DNA of 64,000 nucleotides, taken from positions 124,001 through 188,000 of IMG/VR virus record IMGVR_UViG_3300007513_000001, one strand, 5' to 3'. The first letter of the stretch is position 1. Every line of letters starts with the position of its first letter. Of the stretch, positions 50,556 to 59,833 are shown piece after piece. Under the pieces are notes generated by a model, which saw only the letters and a list, made by a program, of their open reading frames with translations, did no database searches and was not told where the DNA came from. Made by a program: the position numbers and the translations under genes.

Positions 50556-52244
50556 ATGAGCAAAAATCTTTATAACGAAGCCATCGCAGAAGCAAAACAA
50601 CTGCGTGACATGGCTGAACAAAACGCAAAAAATAAAATTATTGAAGCCGTTACTCCTAGAATCAGAAGTCTTATTGAACAGCAGCTTATTGATGATGTTG
50701 AAGAAGAATCAGATTTAGTAATAGGGGATGAAGCAGAAGAATCTGCAGAAGAAATGGTAGATTTAGCAATTGAAGAATTGCCAATGGCTGCGCCGGCAGA
50801 AGAGCCACCCCCCGCTGCTCCCACTGTATCGATTACTGTTCAGGGTGATCTAGATATGGATCTTGGCGAGGGTGATGATGACGAAGAAGAAGATCTTATT
50901 TTAAGTCAAGAGTCTTTTTTGCGTTTAGAGAATTTTTTGCATAATGTGTCAAAAACAAAGAATATTTCTGGCCGTGTTGTTTCTTTATCTAGAAAATTCA
51001 ACATGCTAAGAGAAGCGATTGATGGAGTAAATCTTAATAGATGTAGCTCTGTTGAAAAACAAACAGCGATTATATTTTATGGTCGTCTGTTAGAAGAAGT
51101 TATTACTTTATCTAATAATTTAATACTTATGAAAGAGTCCATTGACAATAGACTCGAATTACAATTAACTCAACTAATAAAGGAGATGAGCAAAATGTCT
51201 AGAAGACGTGACGCAGCAGCTTTCAGGAGACTCTTTGAAGAGTTAACAAAGGATGAGAGTCTTGAGGAAGTGGGCATGTTTGAACAAGAAGAAGAAGAAG
51301 TTGACCTCGATGTAGATGTCGAGGAAGACGTAGAAGTCGCAGCTGAACCCGATGTGGAAGCAGCTGAAGACGCAATATTAGATCTTGGGGCCGCACTCGG
51401 TCTCGACGTTGAAGTCGCACCAGCCGAAGAAGAGGTTGAAGTCGAGGAAGATGTCGAAGAAGAAGAAGAAATTACTTTAGAAAGTGATGATTCTGACGAC
51501 GGGGACGGAGAAGATCTTGACGAAGTTTACGAAATTGATGAAGCTGCGCTACGTCGTGAGCTCTTTAAAATGAGAAGACTTCGTGAGCAAGAAGAGGGAA
51601 GAGCTGCCGCAGCCGATCCTGCACTTGCACATGGTGGAGAAGATGAAGGTGACGTTATTGTCGATGTCGACGAAGACGCTCTTCTTAACGCTCTCGCTGA
51701 TGAACTAGGTGATCCTGGAGTTCCTGCACCGCAGGTTGAAGCTTTTATTCGCCGTAGACTCCGCAGAGCAAGCCGCCAGTTAGCTGAATCACAGCGACGT
51801 AATCGTAGAACTCGTGGAACTCGTAGAAACAGAAGAATTTCAGAGTCACGTCGCACCAGAAGAGCTGCTCCAGCCCGTAACACTAAAAGAGCCGTCATGG
51901 CTGAAAGAACTGTTACTAAATTAAAGAAGCAGCTTGCAGAAATGAATCTTTTTAACGCTAAGCTTCTGTTTGCTAATAAGCTCATGCAAAATCGTGGGCT
52001 TTCAACAAAGCAGCAGCGTGTAGTAGTCGAAGCACTCGACAAAGCACGCACAATCAGAGAAGCCAAACTCCTTTATAAGAGTTTGAGTGCATCTCTAAAT
52101 CGGGGTTCCGGTAAGACTCTATCTGAGAGTCGCTCCCGATTGCTCGCATCTTCATCCAAATCAACCCGGTCAGGCGCGCCTGCCAGCAATGGGAATGAGG
52201 TAGATCGTTGGGCTTTACTCGCCGGGTTAACGTCAGACAAATAG
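50556..52244 (+). CDS. Prohead scaffold/core protein
   Basis: Directly upstream of MCP; very acidic, with coiled-coil C-terminus (LAEMNLFNAKLLFANKL) ending RWALLAGL. Confidence 0.75.
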   Translation: MSKNLYNEAIAEAKQLRDMAEQNAKNKIIEAVTPRIRSLIEQQLIDDVEEESDLVIGDEAEESAEEMVDLAIEELPMAAPAEEPPPAAPTVSITVQGDLDMDLGEGDDDEEEDLILSQESFLRLENFLHNVSKTKNISGRVVSLSRKFNMLREAIDGVNLNRCSSVEKQTAIIFYGRLLEEVITLSNNLILMKESIDNRLELQLTQLIKEMSKMSRRRDAAAFRRLFEELTKDESLEEVGMFEQEEEEVDLDVDVEEDVEVAAEPDVEAAEDAILDLGAALGLDVEVAPAEEEVEVEEDVEEEEEITLESDDSDDGDGEDLDEVYEIDEAALRRELFKMRRLREQEEGRAAAADPALAHGGEDEGDVIVDVDEDALLNALADELGDPGVPAPQVEAFIRRRLRRASRQLAESQRRNRRTRGTRRNRRISESRRTRRAAPARNTKRAVMAERTVTKLKKQLAEMNLFNAKLLFANKLMQNRGLSTKQQRVVVEALDKARTIREAKLLYKSLSASLNRGSGKTLSESRSRLLASSSKSTRSGAPASNGNEVDRWALLAGLTSDK

Positions 52245-52268
52245 AATAAACATAAAGGAGAAATTCAA

Positions 52269-54167
52269 ATGTCTAAGAAATTTACACTGAATCAGTTAAC
52301 CGAGGGTATTCGTCAACGTAATGTTGGAACGGGTAACAGAAGGTTAATTGAAAAGTGGTCCCGCACTGGTCTCCTTAGAGGCCTTGAGGGCACCACTCGC
52401 GAAAATATGGCTACGCTGCTTGAAAATCAGGCATCACAGGTCTTACGCGAGGCTAACTCAATTTCCACCGGTGGTGGAAACTTAACTAGTTCTGGAGACC
52501 TCCGCGGTTTTCAAAACATTGCATTCCCAATCGTTCGTAGAGTTTTCGGCGGCCTGGTTGCTAATGAGCTTGTATCTGTACAGCCCATGAGCCTTCCATC
52601 TGGCCTCCTTTTCTATCTTGATTACACCTACGGAACCAACGTTGGTGGTCGCGACGACTCAGGTATCGATGCATCTTACCCATCTGGAAGTTCAATTTAC
52701 AATTCTCCAGTCGGTAAAGGCATACGTTCTGGTTCTCTTGGAATCGGCGGTCAGTATAATCTTGCTGGCTCTGGTTATTCAAGAGTACATAAGATTGCTT
52801 CGAGCGTAACGCTCCTTGCATCTGGCGCCTATATGGGGAATACAACATTCTCAGCTGACGCTATCGATGAAGTAAGACGTATGGTCGCTACTGGTTCTGA
52901 TGGCAAGCTTCTACAGTTCGATGAGCAGATTTGTAGAATTATTGAAGATAACCCCAACGATGCAGGCCTCGGCGTATTCAAGGCTTACTTTGTTGACTTT
53001 AGTTCAGGCAAGTTTAGTAATGCAGACGCCACTATGGTAAAAGACTTTGCTCTTATACCACCTGATGGCACTGCGCCGACTATTCTTTCACCAACCTTGA
53101 AATCTCAGGATATTCAAGCAAGTGGCGATAGAGTGCTTAATGTTCGTAGGCTTAATCAGCTTGGTAAGTGGGATGGAACTTCGTTCACCGCAGATCCGCT
53201 AGTTAGAGCTGGTGATGCTAACGCAGCTATTCTAATGATCGTTTCTGGTACTAAGGGCAGCACGGCCGAGCAGACTTATAGCGTTGACTATGTTCTCAGC
53301 CCAAGTCTTGATGCAGGGTCAGATGGTGATGCTCTTACTATTCCAACCTTTGAGTCTAACTTCGCTACTTCGCCTTCACCAGAGATCCCAGAGATCGACA
53401 TTAAGGTAGAGTCAATCGCAGTTACTGCAGTAACCCGTAAGCTCCGCGCTCGCTGGTCACCAGAACTCGCACAGGACTTGAATGCTTATCACAGTCTTGA
53501 CGCTGAAGTTGAGCTTACTCAGATCCTTTCCGAGCAGATTGCTCTTGAGCTTGATAGAGAGATCCTTAATGATCTACTCACTCAGGCTAAGACGAACTTC
53601 TACTGGTCACGTTCACCAGGCAAGTTCATGAACAAGAGAAATGGTAACCTTGTCACTCCTGGTGGAGCTGGTTCTATTGGTCCAAGCTTCACAGGCACCG
53701 TCCGCGAATGGTATGAGACTCTGGTCGAGACCATTATTGATGTTGCTAATGAGATCCACAGACTTACTCTAAGAGGATCAGCTAACTTCATCGTAGTGTC
53801 ACCCGACATCGCGACTATTCTTGAAGCGTCTGTTCTTTACCGTCCAAGCTACAGCTTAGATGGTGATGGCCAGGTTGGTACTCCAATGAGCATTGGTGCA
53901 GAGAAGATGGGAACCCTTAGTAACCGTTTCACGGTATACAAAGATCCTTACTTCCCACGCAACAAAGTTCTCGTAGGATTCAAGGGCGGAAGCTATCTTG
54001 AGACCGGTTATGTATACGCTCCATACGTACCACTTATTGTCACTCCAACAATCTTCGCTCCAGAGGACTTCACCCCACGTAAGGGTGTTATGACTCGCTA
54101 TGGTAAGAAGATGGTTCGTTCTGACTTCTATGGTACTGTTACAGTTGCAGATCTTAACGTAATCTAA
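52269..54167 (+). CDS. Major capsid protein, copy 1 (T4 gp23-like HK97 fold)
   Basis: FPIVRRVFGGLVANELVSVQPMSLPSGLLFYL, TRKLRARWSPELAQDLNAYHSLDAEVEL, ELDREIL, YAPYVPL and PRKGVMTRYG; strong AAGGAG SD. Confidence 0.95.
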   Translation: MSKKFTLNQLTEGIRQRNVGTGNRRLIEKWSRTGLLRGLEGTTRENMATLLENQASQVLREANSISTGGGNLTSSGDLRGFQNIAFPIVRRVFGGLVANELVSVQPMSLPSGLLFYLDYTYGTNVGGRDDSGIDASYPSGSSIYNSPVGKGIRSGSLGIGGQYNLAGSGYSRVHKIASSVTLLASGAYMGNTTFSADAIDEVRRMVATGSDGKLLQFDEQICRIIEDNPNDAGLGVFKAYFVDFSSGKFSNADATMVKDFALIPPDGTAPTILSPTLKSQDIQASGDRVLNVRRLNQLGKWDGTSFTADPLVRAGDANAAILMIVSGTKGSTAEQTYSVDYVLSPSLDAGSDGDALTIPTFESNFATSPSPEIPEIDIKVESIAVTAVTRKLRARWSPELAQDLNAYHSLDAEVELTQILSEQIALELDREILNDLLTQAKTNFYWSRSPGKFMNKRNGNLVTPGGAGSIGPSFTGTVREWYETLVETIIDVANEIHRLTLRGSANFIVVSPDIATILEASVLYRPSYSLDGDGQVGTPMSIGAEKMGTLSNRFTVYKDPYFPRNKVLVGFKGGSYLETGYVYAPYVPLIVTPTIFAPEDFTPRKGVMTRYGKKMVRSDFYGTVTVADLNVI

Positions 54168-54169
54168 TA

Positions 54170-54237
54170 ATGTTTGATTAATCGAATGGCGGCGTCCTGC
54201 GCATAGCGTCGGGGCGCCGTCTCAGATTAAAAAGCAT
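54170..54237 (+). promoter_or_regulatory. Long imperfect RNA stem-loop between the two capsid genes, no U-tract
   Basis: Core GGCGGCGTCCTGCGC-ATA-GCGT(C)GGGGCGCCGTC (54188-54221) with several G-U pairs, extended by TTAATC/GATTAA and ATGTTT/AAGCAT. Confidence 0.65.
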
Positions 54238-54260
54238 CCATTTAAAAGGAATAAAACAAA

Positions 54261-56150
54261 ATGTCAAAAAAATTTACACTGAATCAGTTAACTGAAGGTA
54301 TTCGCCAACGCAACGTTGGAACGGGTAACAGAAGGTTAATTGAAAAGTGGTCCCGCACTGGTCTCCTTAGGGGATTGGAAGGTACCACTCGCGAAAATAT
54401 GGCGACCTTACTTGAAAACCAAGCATCGCAAGTACTTCGTGAAGCCAACTCAATTTCCACCGGTGGTGGAAACTTAACTTCGTCTGGAGATCTTCGTGGT
54501 TTTCAGAATATCGCATTTCCAATTGTTCGCAGAGTTTTCGGCGGACTAGTTGCTAATGAATTAGTGTCAGTTCAGCCAATGAGCCTTCCGTCTGGATTGC
54601 TTTTTTATCTAGACTACACATATGGAACCTCTGTAGGTGGCCAGTCTGATGGTGATTCTGCTACGTACCCTTCAGGAAGCTCTATTTATAATGCTCCTAC
54701 GGGTAAAGGCGTACGTTCTGGTTCTCTTGGAATCGGTGGCCAGTACAATCTTGCTGGCTCTGGTTATTCAAGAGTCCACCAGTTAGCTAACACTATTACT
54801 CTACTTGCTTCTGGAGCATACCAGGGAACTACTACGTTCTCGGGCGGTGGCACTAGCTATAAACGCATGACCGCTACCGGTTCTGATGGTAAGCTTCTCC
54901 AGTTTGACGAACAGATTTGTAGGCTGATCGAAGATCATCCAAACAGCGAAGGCTTAGGCGTTTTCACTGCTGTTTTTGTAGACCTGAACTCTACTCAGTT
55001 TAGTAATGGTGATCTTTCAATGGTTAAGGATTTCGCTCTTATACCATCGGCATCCGCTATTAACTTTGCAGGTCCCTCGCAGACTCTTAAAGATCAAGAC
55101 GTTCAAATTTCAGGAAACAAGGTTATTAACGTTAGACGACTTAACCAGATTGGTAAATGGGATGGAACTTCATTCACTCACGATCCGTTAACTAAGGCGG
55201 GTGATTCAAACGCTGCAATATTGATGATTATCTCAGGTACAGATTCTTTCTCTGAGGGAATGGATATTGATTATATTTTATCACCAAGCTTAAATGTCGG
55301 CAGTGATGGAGACGCGCTAACGATTCCAACCTTTGAGTCTAACTTCGGTACTACACCTTCACCAGAGATTCCAGAGATTGATATTAAAGTTGAATCTATT
55401 GCGGTTACTGCAGTTACTAGAAAGCTCCGCGCTCGCTGGTCACCAGAGCTTGCTCAAGATCTTAACGCGTATCACTCTTTAGACGCAGAAGTTGAGCTTA
55501 CTCAGATCCTTTCTGAACAAATTGCTCTTGAGTTGGATCGTGAAATTCTTAATGATCTACTCACTCAGGCTAAGACGAACTTCTACTGGTCGCGCTCACC
55601 AGGTAAGTTCATGAACAAGCGGAGTGGCGCTCTAGTTACTCCAGGCGGAGCAGGGAACATTGGTCCAAGCTTCACCGGTACAGTTCGTGAATGGTATGAG
55701 ACTCTAGTTGAGACCATTATTGATGTTGCTAATGAGATTCATAGGCTTACATTACGCGGATCAGCTAACTTCATCGTAGTTTCTCCAGATATTGCAACTA
55801 TCCTCGAAGCTTCAGTTCTGTATAGACCTACTTATAGCTTGGACGGAGACGGCCAAGTCGGAACTCCAATGAGTATTGGAGCCGAACAGGTTGGAACCCT
55901 TAGTAACCGTTTCACGGTATACAAAGATCCTTACTTCCCAAGAAATAAGGTTCTCGTAGGATTCAAGGGCGGAAGCTATCTTGAGACCGGTTATGTATAC
56001 GCACCTTATGTGCCTCTAATCGTTACTCCAACAATCTTCGCTCCAGAGGACTTCACGCCGCGTAAGGGCGTTATGACTCGCTATGGCAAGAAGATGGTTA
56101 GAAGCGATTTTTATGGTACTGTTACGGTTGCAGATCTTAACGTAATCTGA
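54261..56150 (+). CDS. Major capsid protein, copy 2 (T4 gp23-like HK97 fold)
   Basis: First 123 aa identical to copy 1; last 264 aa differ at 6 positions; central ~245 aa insertion is divergent. Confidence 0.95.
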   Translation: MSKKFTLNQLTEGIRQRNVGTGNRRLIEKWSRTGLLRGLEGTTRENMATLLENQASQVLREANSISTGGGNLTSSGDLRGFQNIAFPIVRRVFGGLVANELVSVQPMSLPSGLLFYLDYTYGTSVGGQSDGDSATYPSGSSIYNAPTGKGVRSGSLGIGGQYNLAGSGYSRVHQLANTITLLASGAYQGTTTFSGGGTSYKRMTATGSDGKLLQFDEQICRLIEDHPNSEGLGVFTAVFVDLNSTQFSNGDLSMVKDFALIPSASAINFAGPSQTLKDQDVQISGNKVINVRRLNQIGKWDGTSFTHDPLTKAGDSNAAILMIISGTDSFSEGMDIDYILSPSLNVGSDGDALTIPTFESNFGTTPSPEIPEIDIKVESIAVTAVTRKLRARWSPELAQDLNAYHSLDAEVELTQILSEQIALELDREILNDLLTQAKTNFYWSRSPGKFMNKRSGALVTPGGAGNIGPSFTGTVREWYETLVETIIDVANEIHRLTLRGSANFIVVSPDIATILEASVLYRPTYSLDGDGQVGTPMSIGAEQVGTLSNRFTVYKDPYFPRNKVLVGFKGGSYLETGYVYAPYVPLIVTPTIFAPEDFTPRKGVMTRYGKKMVRSDFYGTVTVADLNVI

Positions 56151-56170
56151 TAACTGTTTAGATAATAGTT

Positions 56171-56205
56171 GGGGCGGCACTTAATGTGCCGCCCCTTTTG
56201 TTTTT
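56171..56205 (+). terminator. Rho-independent terminator
   Basis: GGGGCGGCAC-TTAAT-GTGCCGCCCC perfect 10 bp stem followed by TTTTGTTTTT. Confidence 0.92.
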
Positions 56206-56260
56206 ATTAAACGTTTCTGAGAAAAAAATATAATCTAATCTGAATTTGGAGATTCTTATC

Positions 56261-56539
56261 ATGCCTGAAACTACTAAAACTACGAAACCTCGCACAACTA
56301 GAAAAACAACTGCAAAAAAAGAAACCAACACTGATCTTGATGCAGTAAAAAATGCGTTGGCTCGACTTCAACTTCGCGTTGATACCCTTGAAGCTAAGTG
56401 TGCTAAGTTGGAAAAGGCTAAACCAGTAGCTAATTCAGGCGGCGGACTTTCTGAAGAGAGATGGAGTTCACTTAAGCTATTCTTAGAAAAAAAGTTTGGA
56501 AGAGAGCTCTTGAAAAGCAGTGGTATTTGGTTTAAATAA
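56261..56539 (+). CDS. Small hypothetical protein (Lys/Thr-rich N-terminus, coiled coil)
   Basis: GGAG SD at 56248 favours ATG 56261. Confidence 0.6.
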   Translation: MPETTKTTKPRTTRKTTAKKETNTDLDAVKNALARLQLRVDTLEAKCAKLEKAKPVANSGGGLSEERWSSLKLFLEKKFGRELLKSSGIWFK

Positions 56540-56569
56540 GTTTTTTTGAAAAAAATATAGTCTTAATGA

Positions 56570-56581
56570 ATGAGTATTTAT
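56570..56581 (+). promoter_or_regulatory. Putative late promoter ATGAGTATTTAT
   Basis: One mismatch to ATGAATATTTAT; upstream of the neck genes. A second candidate ATAGTTAG lies at 56649. Confidence 0.45.
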
Positions 56582-56677
56582 GTGATTAATTACACGTAGA
56601 AATTTGTTAGGGCAACAATCTAGCTCGGTAATTATGAACTTTAACTTAATAGTTAGTCATAGTTGCCGAGTTTTTTT

Positions 56678-57865
56678 ATGTCAAAATTTTTTCAAACATT
56701 AAATCCAACGCCTTTTGGCTTTTTTGACGACGATTTAGATTTTCAAAAAGAAGCTGATTCTATGATCACGTATGTTAAAAGAAAGCTAGGCGACGATATT
56801 TTAAGTGTAGAGTTAACTAAAAAACAAATATGGGCGTGTTTGGAAGAATCAACATTAGAGTATGGCTCTTTAGTAAACGAATTTCAAACTAAATCGCAGC
56901 TTAGTAACGTTTTAGGGGCTTCTACAGGTTCTAATATTCAGGGTAAATATGCTCATGAAACTCTTGATTTCATCCTTAGATTAGCTGAGCCTTATGCTCA
57001 AGATGCAGGGATTGGAGGGTCTTATAATACGCTGTCTGGATCTATTAAATTGGAATCTGGACGTCAAGATTATGATATTTACAGCGAACTAAAAGACGAT
57101 TCAGGAAATTTAATTTTTTCTTCTAGTTTGAACAATAATGGTTCTGGAAAAATGAAAATACTAGAAGTTTTCCACTTCAGTCCCCAAGCAGCCTATAGAT
57201 TCTTTGATACAACTTCAGCAATAAATTATCTCAATAACGAATTTTCTTTTGAGTCATTTACTCCAGAGACAGTGTTTTATGTTCTTCCAGTTTTCGAAGA
57301 CGTCCTCCGCGGAGGTCAAATGAGCTTATCTAATCGAGTAAGAAGATCTAACTACTCTTTCAGGACTCAGGGAACGAAAATAAGAATTTTTCCATCTCCA
57401 ACTTTTAATGATGGAAATAGTGTGGCTGAAAAAAATAGAAAGCTTTGGATAAGAGTTGGGTTTGGGAGCGATCCATTTAACCCAGCTTATAATGACGGAA
57501 CCATAAATGGTGTAAGCGATTTTTCTAACATTCCATACGATAATATAAAATTTGAAAATATTAACAGTATGGGTCGACAGTGGATTAGAGAGTTTTGTTT
57601 AGCTTCTTCTAAAGAGCTGCTTGGTTTAGTTCGCAGTAAATTCTCTTCAGTTCCTATACCAGGTGGAGATTTGCAATTAGATGGGTCTAATTTAGTCTCT
57701 CAGGGCAGGGAAGACCAAGAGAAACTAAGAACCTCAATGAAAGAACTGCTAGATAGTCTGACTTACGATAAGATGCTAGAGGGCGAAGCTGGAAAAGCTG
57801 GAAACTTACAAACTGTCTTAAAGACAATACCCATCCCTATGGGTAAATGCATTATAATTGGATGA
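56678..57865 (+). CDS. Neck / head-completion protein (T4 gp13-like)
   Basis: YVKRKLGDDILSVELTKKQI N-terminus and WIREFCLASSKELLGLVRSKFSSVPIPGGDLQLDG C-terminus; ATG 56678 preferred to TTG 56663. Confidence 0.8.
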   Translation: MSKFFQTLNPTPFGFFDDDLDFQKEADSMITYVKRKLGDDILSVELTKKQIWACLEESTLEYGSLVNEFQTKSQLSNVLGASTGSNIQGKYAHETLDFILRLAEPYAQDAGIGGSYNTLSGSIKLESGRQDYDIYSELKDDSGNLIFSSSLNNNGSGKMKILEVFHFSPQAAYRFFDTTSAINYLNNEFSFESFTPETVFYVLPVFEDVLRGGQMSLSNRVRRSNYSFRTQGTKIRIFPSPTFNDGNSVAEKNRKLWIRVGFGSDPFNPAYNDGTINGVSDFSNIPYDNIKFENINSMGRQWIREFCLASSKELLGLVRSKFSSVPIPGGDLQLDGSNLVSQGREDQEKLRTSMKELLDSLTYDKMLEGEAGKAGNLQTVLKTIPIPMGKCIIIG

Positions 57866-57874
57866 ATTAAATAA

Positions 57875-58543
57875 ATGGCTAGACTTTTTATTACCCCCAG
57901 AGAAATAGATCTAATTTCCGATATTAATAAGGAGATTGTCAAAGACGTCATTGGGCAAAAAGTTTATTATTATAAAGTCCGTGAAGATTTATCTGAAGTT
58001 CATGACGTTTATGAAGAATCACACCAAAAAATATTCGATCCGCCAATAGATTTAGATGCGAGAATTGAATGGAATCAAGCAGAAATACGAACCAATCAAT
58101 TCGGCTCAGAAGAATATAGCACTATAACGGTTTACGTACAATATAGAGACGTGCTAGATAAAGAAATAGACGTTCAAGAAGGTGATTATGTAAGTTACGG
58201 AGATACTTTTTTTGAAATAGTTACATCGGTTATTGATAGTACTATTTTCGGCGAAATAGAATATTCTACTGGCTATAAAATGACTTGTAAGCAAGCTAGA
58301 AAGGGTCTTATAGATAAAATTCCGCTCGGTCCTACTGACGAAGCATATTCAGACGCTGATGCAGTTGAGAAAACATTTGTTCAGCAGAGAGGGTTTAAAG
58401 AAAATAAAAATGGACCAACTGGTGACGTGAGAGTCCTTCAACAACAGGGAAAACTTCAAAAAGCTCCCGATGGTCCAGTAGAAGTTTCTCCAAAGGGAGA
58501 TGAAGAAGGTATTTCTTCTTCGTTTTATGGAGATGATTGTTAA
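57875..58543 (+). CDS. Neck / head-closure protein (T4 gp14-like)
   Basis: EIVKDVIGQKVYYY...DVYEES...F...NQFG...EGDYV.Y.DTFFEI pattern, located after the gp13-like gene. Confidence 0.7.
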   Translation: MARLFITPREIDLISDINKEIVKDVIGQKVYYYKVREDLSEVHDVYEESHQKIFDPPIDLDARIEWNQAEIRTNQFGSEEYSTITVYVQYRDVLDKEIDVQEGDYVSYGDTFFEIVTSVIDSTIFGEIEYSTGYKMTCKQARKGLIDKIPLGPTDEAYSDADAVEKTFVQQRGFKENKNGPTGDVRVLQQQGKLQKAPDGPVEVSPKGDEEGISSSFYGDDC

Positions 58544-59817
58544 TGTCTACTAGAAAAGAAACTTCTCCAAACTTTATGCCAATGGGCTCGAGTATAGATC
58601 CTGATTTTAATCTTCCTTCTTGCACCGTAGAAGATGTAGATAGGGCTCTGTTTAATTTGTTTGACAAAGATTTAAATTTAATTTTTGAGCAAAAGAAAAC
58701 TACTAAAAAAGTTCCGATAATTTTTGCCACCGGAGAAAGATTTGCGGTTTTGAGAAGAAAGCAACCACTTAGAGACAAAGCTGGCGCTATAATTTTGCCG
58801 CTTATATCTATTCAAAGAACTGGAATAGAGCAATCTCCAACAAAGGGCAACGCTACAAATCAAACATCTCCTATAACAATTAAGAAAAAGCTTTCTCCTG
58901 GAGATTCTACATATCAACAAATTTTAAACAAAGAAAGATTACAAAACTCAGATGAGAGAGCTACCCCTAACCACGAATTAACGACTAGCGAAACCAAAGG
59001 CGGCCAAGGCCGCGGCGCTTCTCCTGGCACCGTTGCGACTCGAAGAAAAGCTCCTAATAAAAAGCAGAAATTCTCTGAGGGAAAACTAATTTCTGATAGT
59101 TTATCAAATAATATTTACGAAATTTACACGCTTCAACCGCCGAAGTATTTTGTCGCTCAATATGAAATAACTGTTTGGGCACAATATACTCAGCAAATGA
59201 ATAATCTTTTAACTGCCATTATGACTTCTTATCACTCTTATGGGCAAAGAACTTTTAGAATAGAGACTGAAAAAGGTTATTATTTTGTTGCTTATTTTGG
59301 AGCATCTATTGGAACTGATAATAATTTTGATGATTTTACGGATAGCGAAAGAATAGTTAGAAACACGTTCACGGTAGAAGTTCCGGGATATATAGTCAAT
59401 CCAGAGTATCCCGGGTCTATGCCGACCCACCGCCGGTATATATCGGCTCCATCGATTTCATTTGATATGACACAAGTAAACGCAATACCGAATAAGATAA
59501 TGGTAGAGGGAATTCCAAGTGGAAATCCAAACGACTATATTTTGCAAGATATTTCTTCTATAGAAGATCCGTCTATTTCAAGCTTAGTTGGTGGAAAAGG
59601 CGTGGTTCCAGGAAAATATTTTAAAAATACCAGCGTTGGTGGTTCACAAGCTGGTAATGTGCCCTTAACAGTAAAAAGAATAGAAATTGACCCTGTTACC
59701 GGGCAAACAATTAAAAAACAACTCACAGTGAGAACTAGAAACCAAAGAAAAGGTGAAACAGTTTATAAAGAATTGCTAACTTATGACTTGGGAGATCTAG
59801 TAATTGAACCAGAATGA
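58543..59817 (+). CDS. Tail terminator / sheath stabiliser (T4 gp15-like)
   Basis: KVPIIFATGERF...LPLISIQRTGI...PKYFVAQYEITVWAQYTQQMNNLL; lies before the sheath; TAATG coupling at 58541-58545. Confidence 0.65.
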   Translation: MSTRKETSPNFMPMGSSIDPDFNLPSCTVEDVDRALFNLFDKDLNLIFEQKKTTKKVPIIFATGERFAVLRRKQPLRDKAGAIILPLISIQRTGIEQSPTKGNATNQTSPITIKKKLSPGDSTYQQILNKERLQNSDERATPNHELTTSETKGGQGRGASPGTVATRRKAPNKKQKFSEGKLISDSLSNNIYEIYTLQPPKYFVAQYEITVWAQYTQQMNNLLTAIMTSYHSYGQRTFRIETEKGYYFVAYFGASIGTDNNFDDFTDSERIVRNTFTVEVPGYIVNPEYPGSMPTHRRYISAPSISFDMTQVNAIPNKIMVEGIPSGNPNDYILQDISSIEDPSISSLVGGKGVVPGKYFKNTSVGGSQAGNVPLTVKRIEIDPVTGQTIKKQLTVRTRNQRKGETVYKELLTYDLGDLVIEPE

Positions 59818-59833
59818 GATTTTTGGGTTTGAA

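Noticed and set aside
52269-56150. Capsid duplication as a pure assembly artefact
   Set aside because: The copies differ at many synonymous sites, have indels in the central domain and have distinct flanks with their own SD. A two-strain chimera is unlikely but needs reads to exclude fully.
56581-56600. CRP-like site TGTGATTAATTACAC upstream of the neck genes
   Set aside because: Imperfect palindrome with a poor second half-site in very AT-rich DNA; single occurrence.
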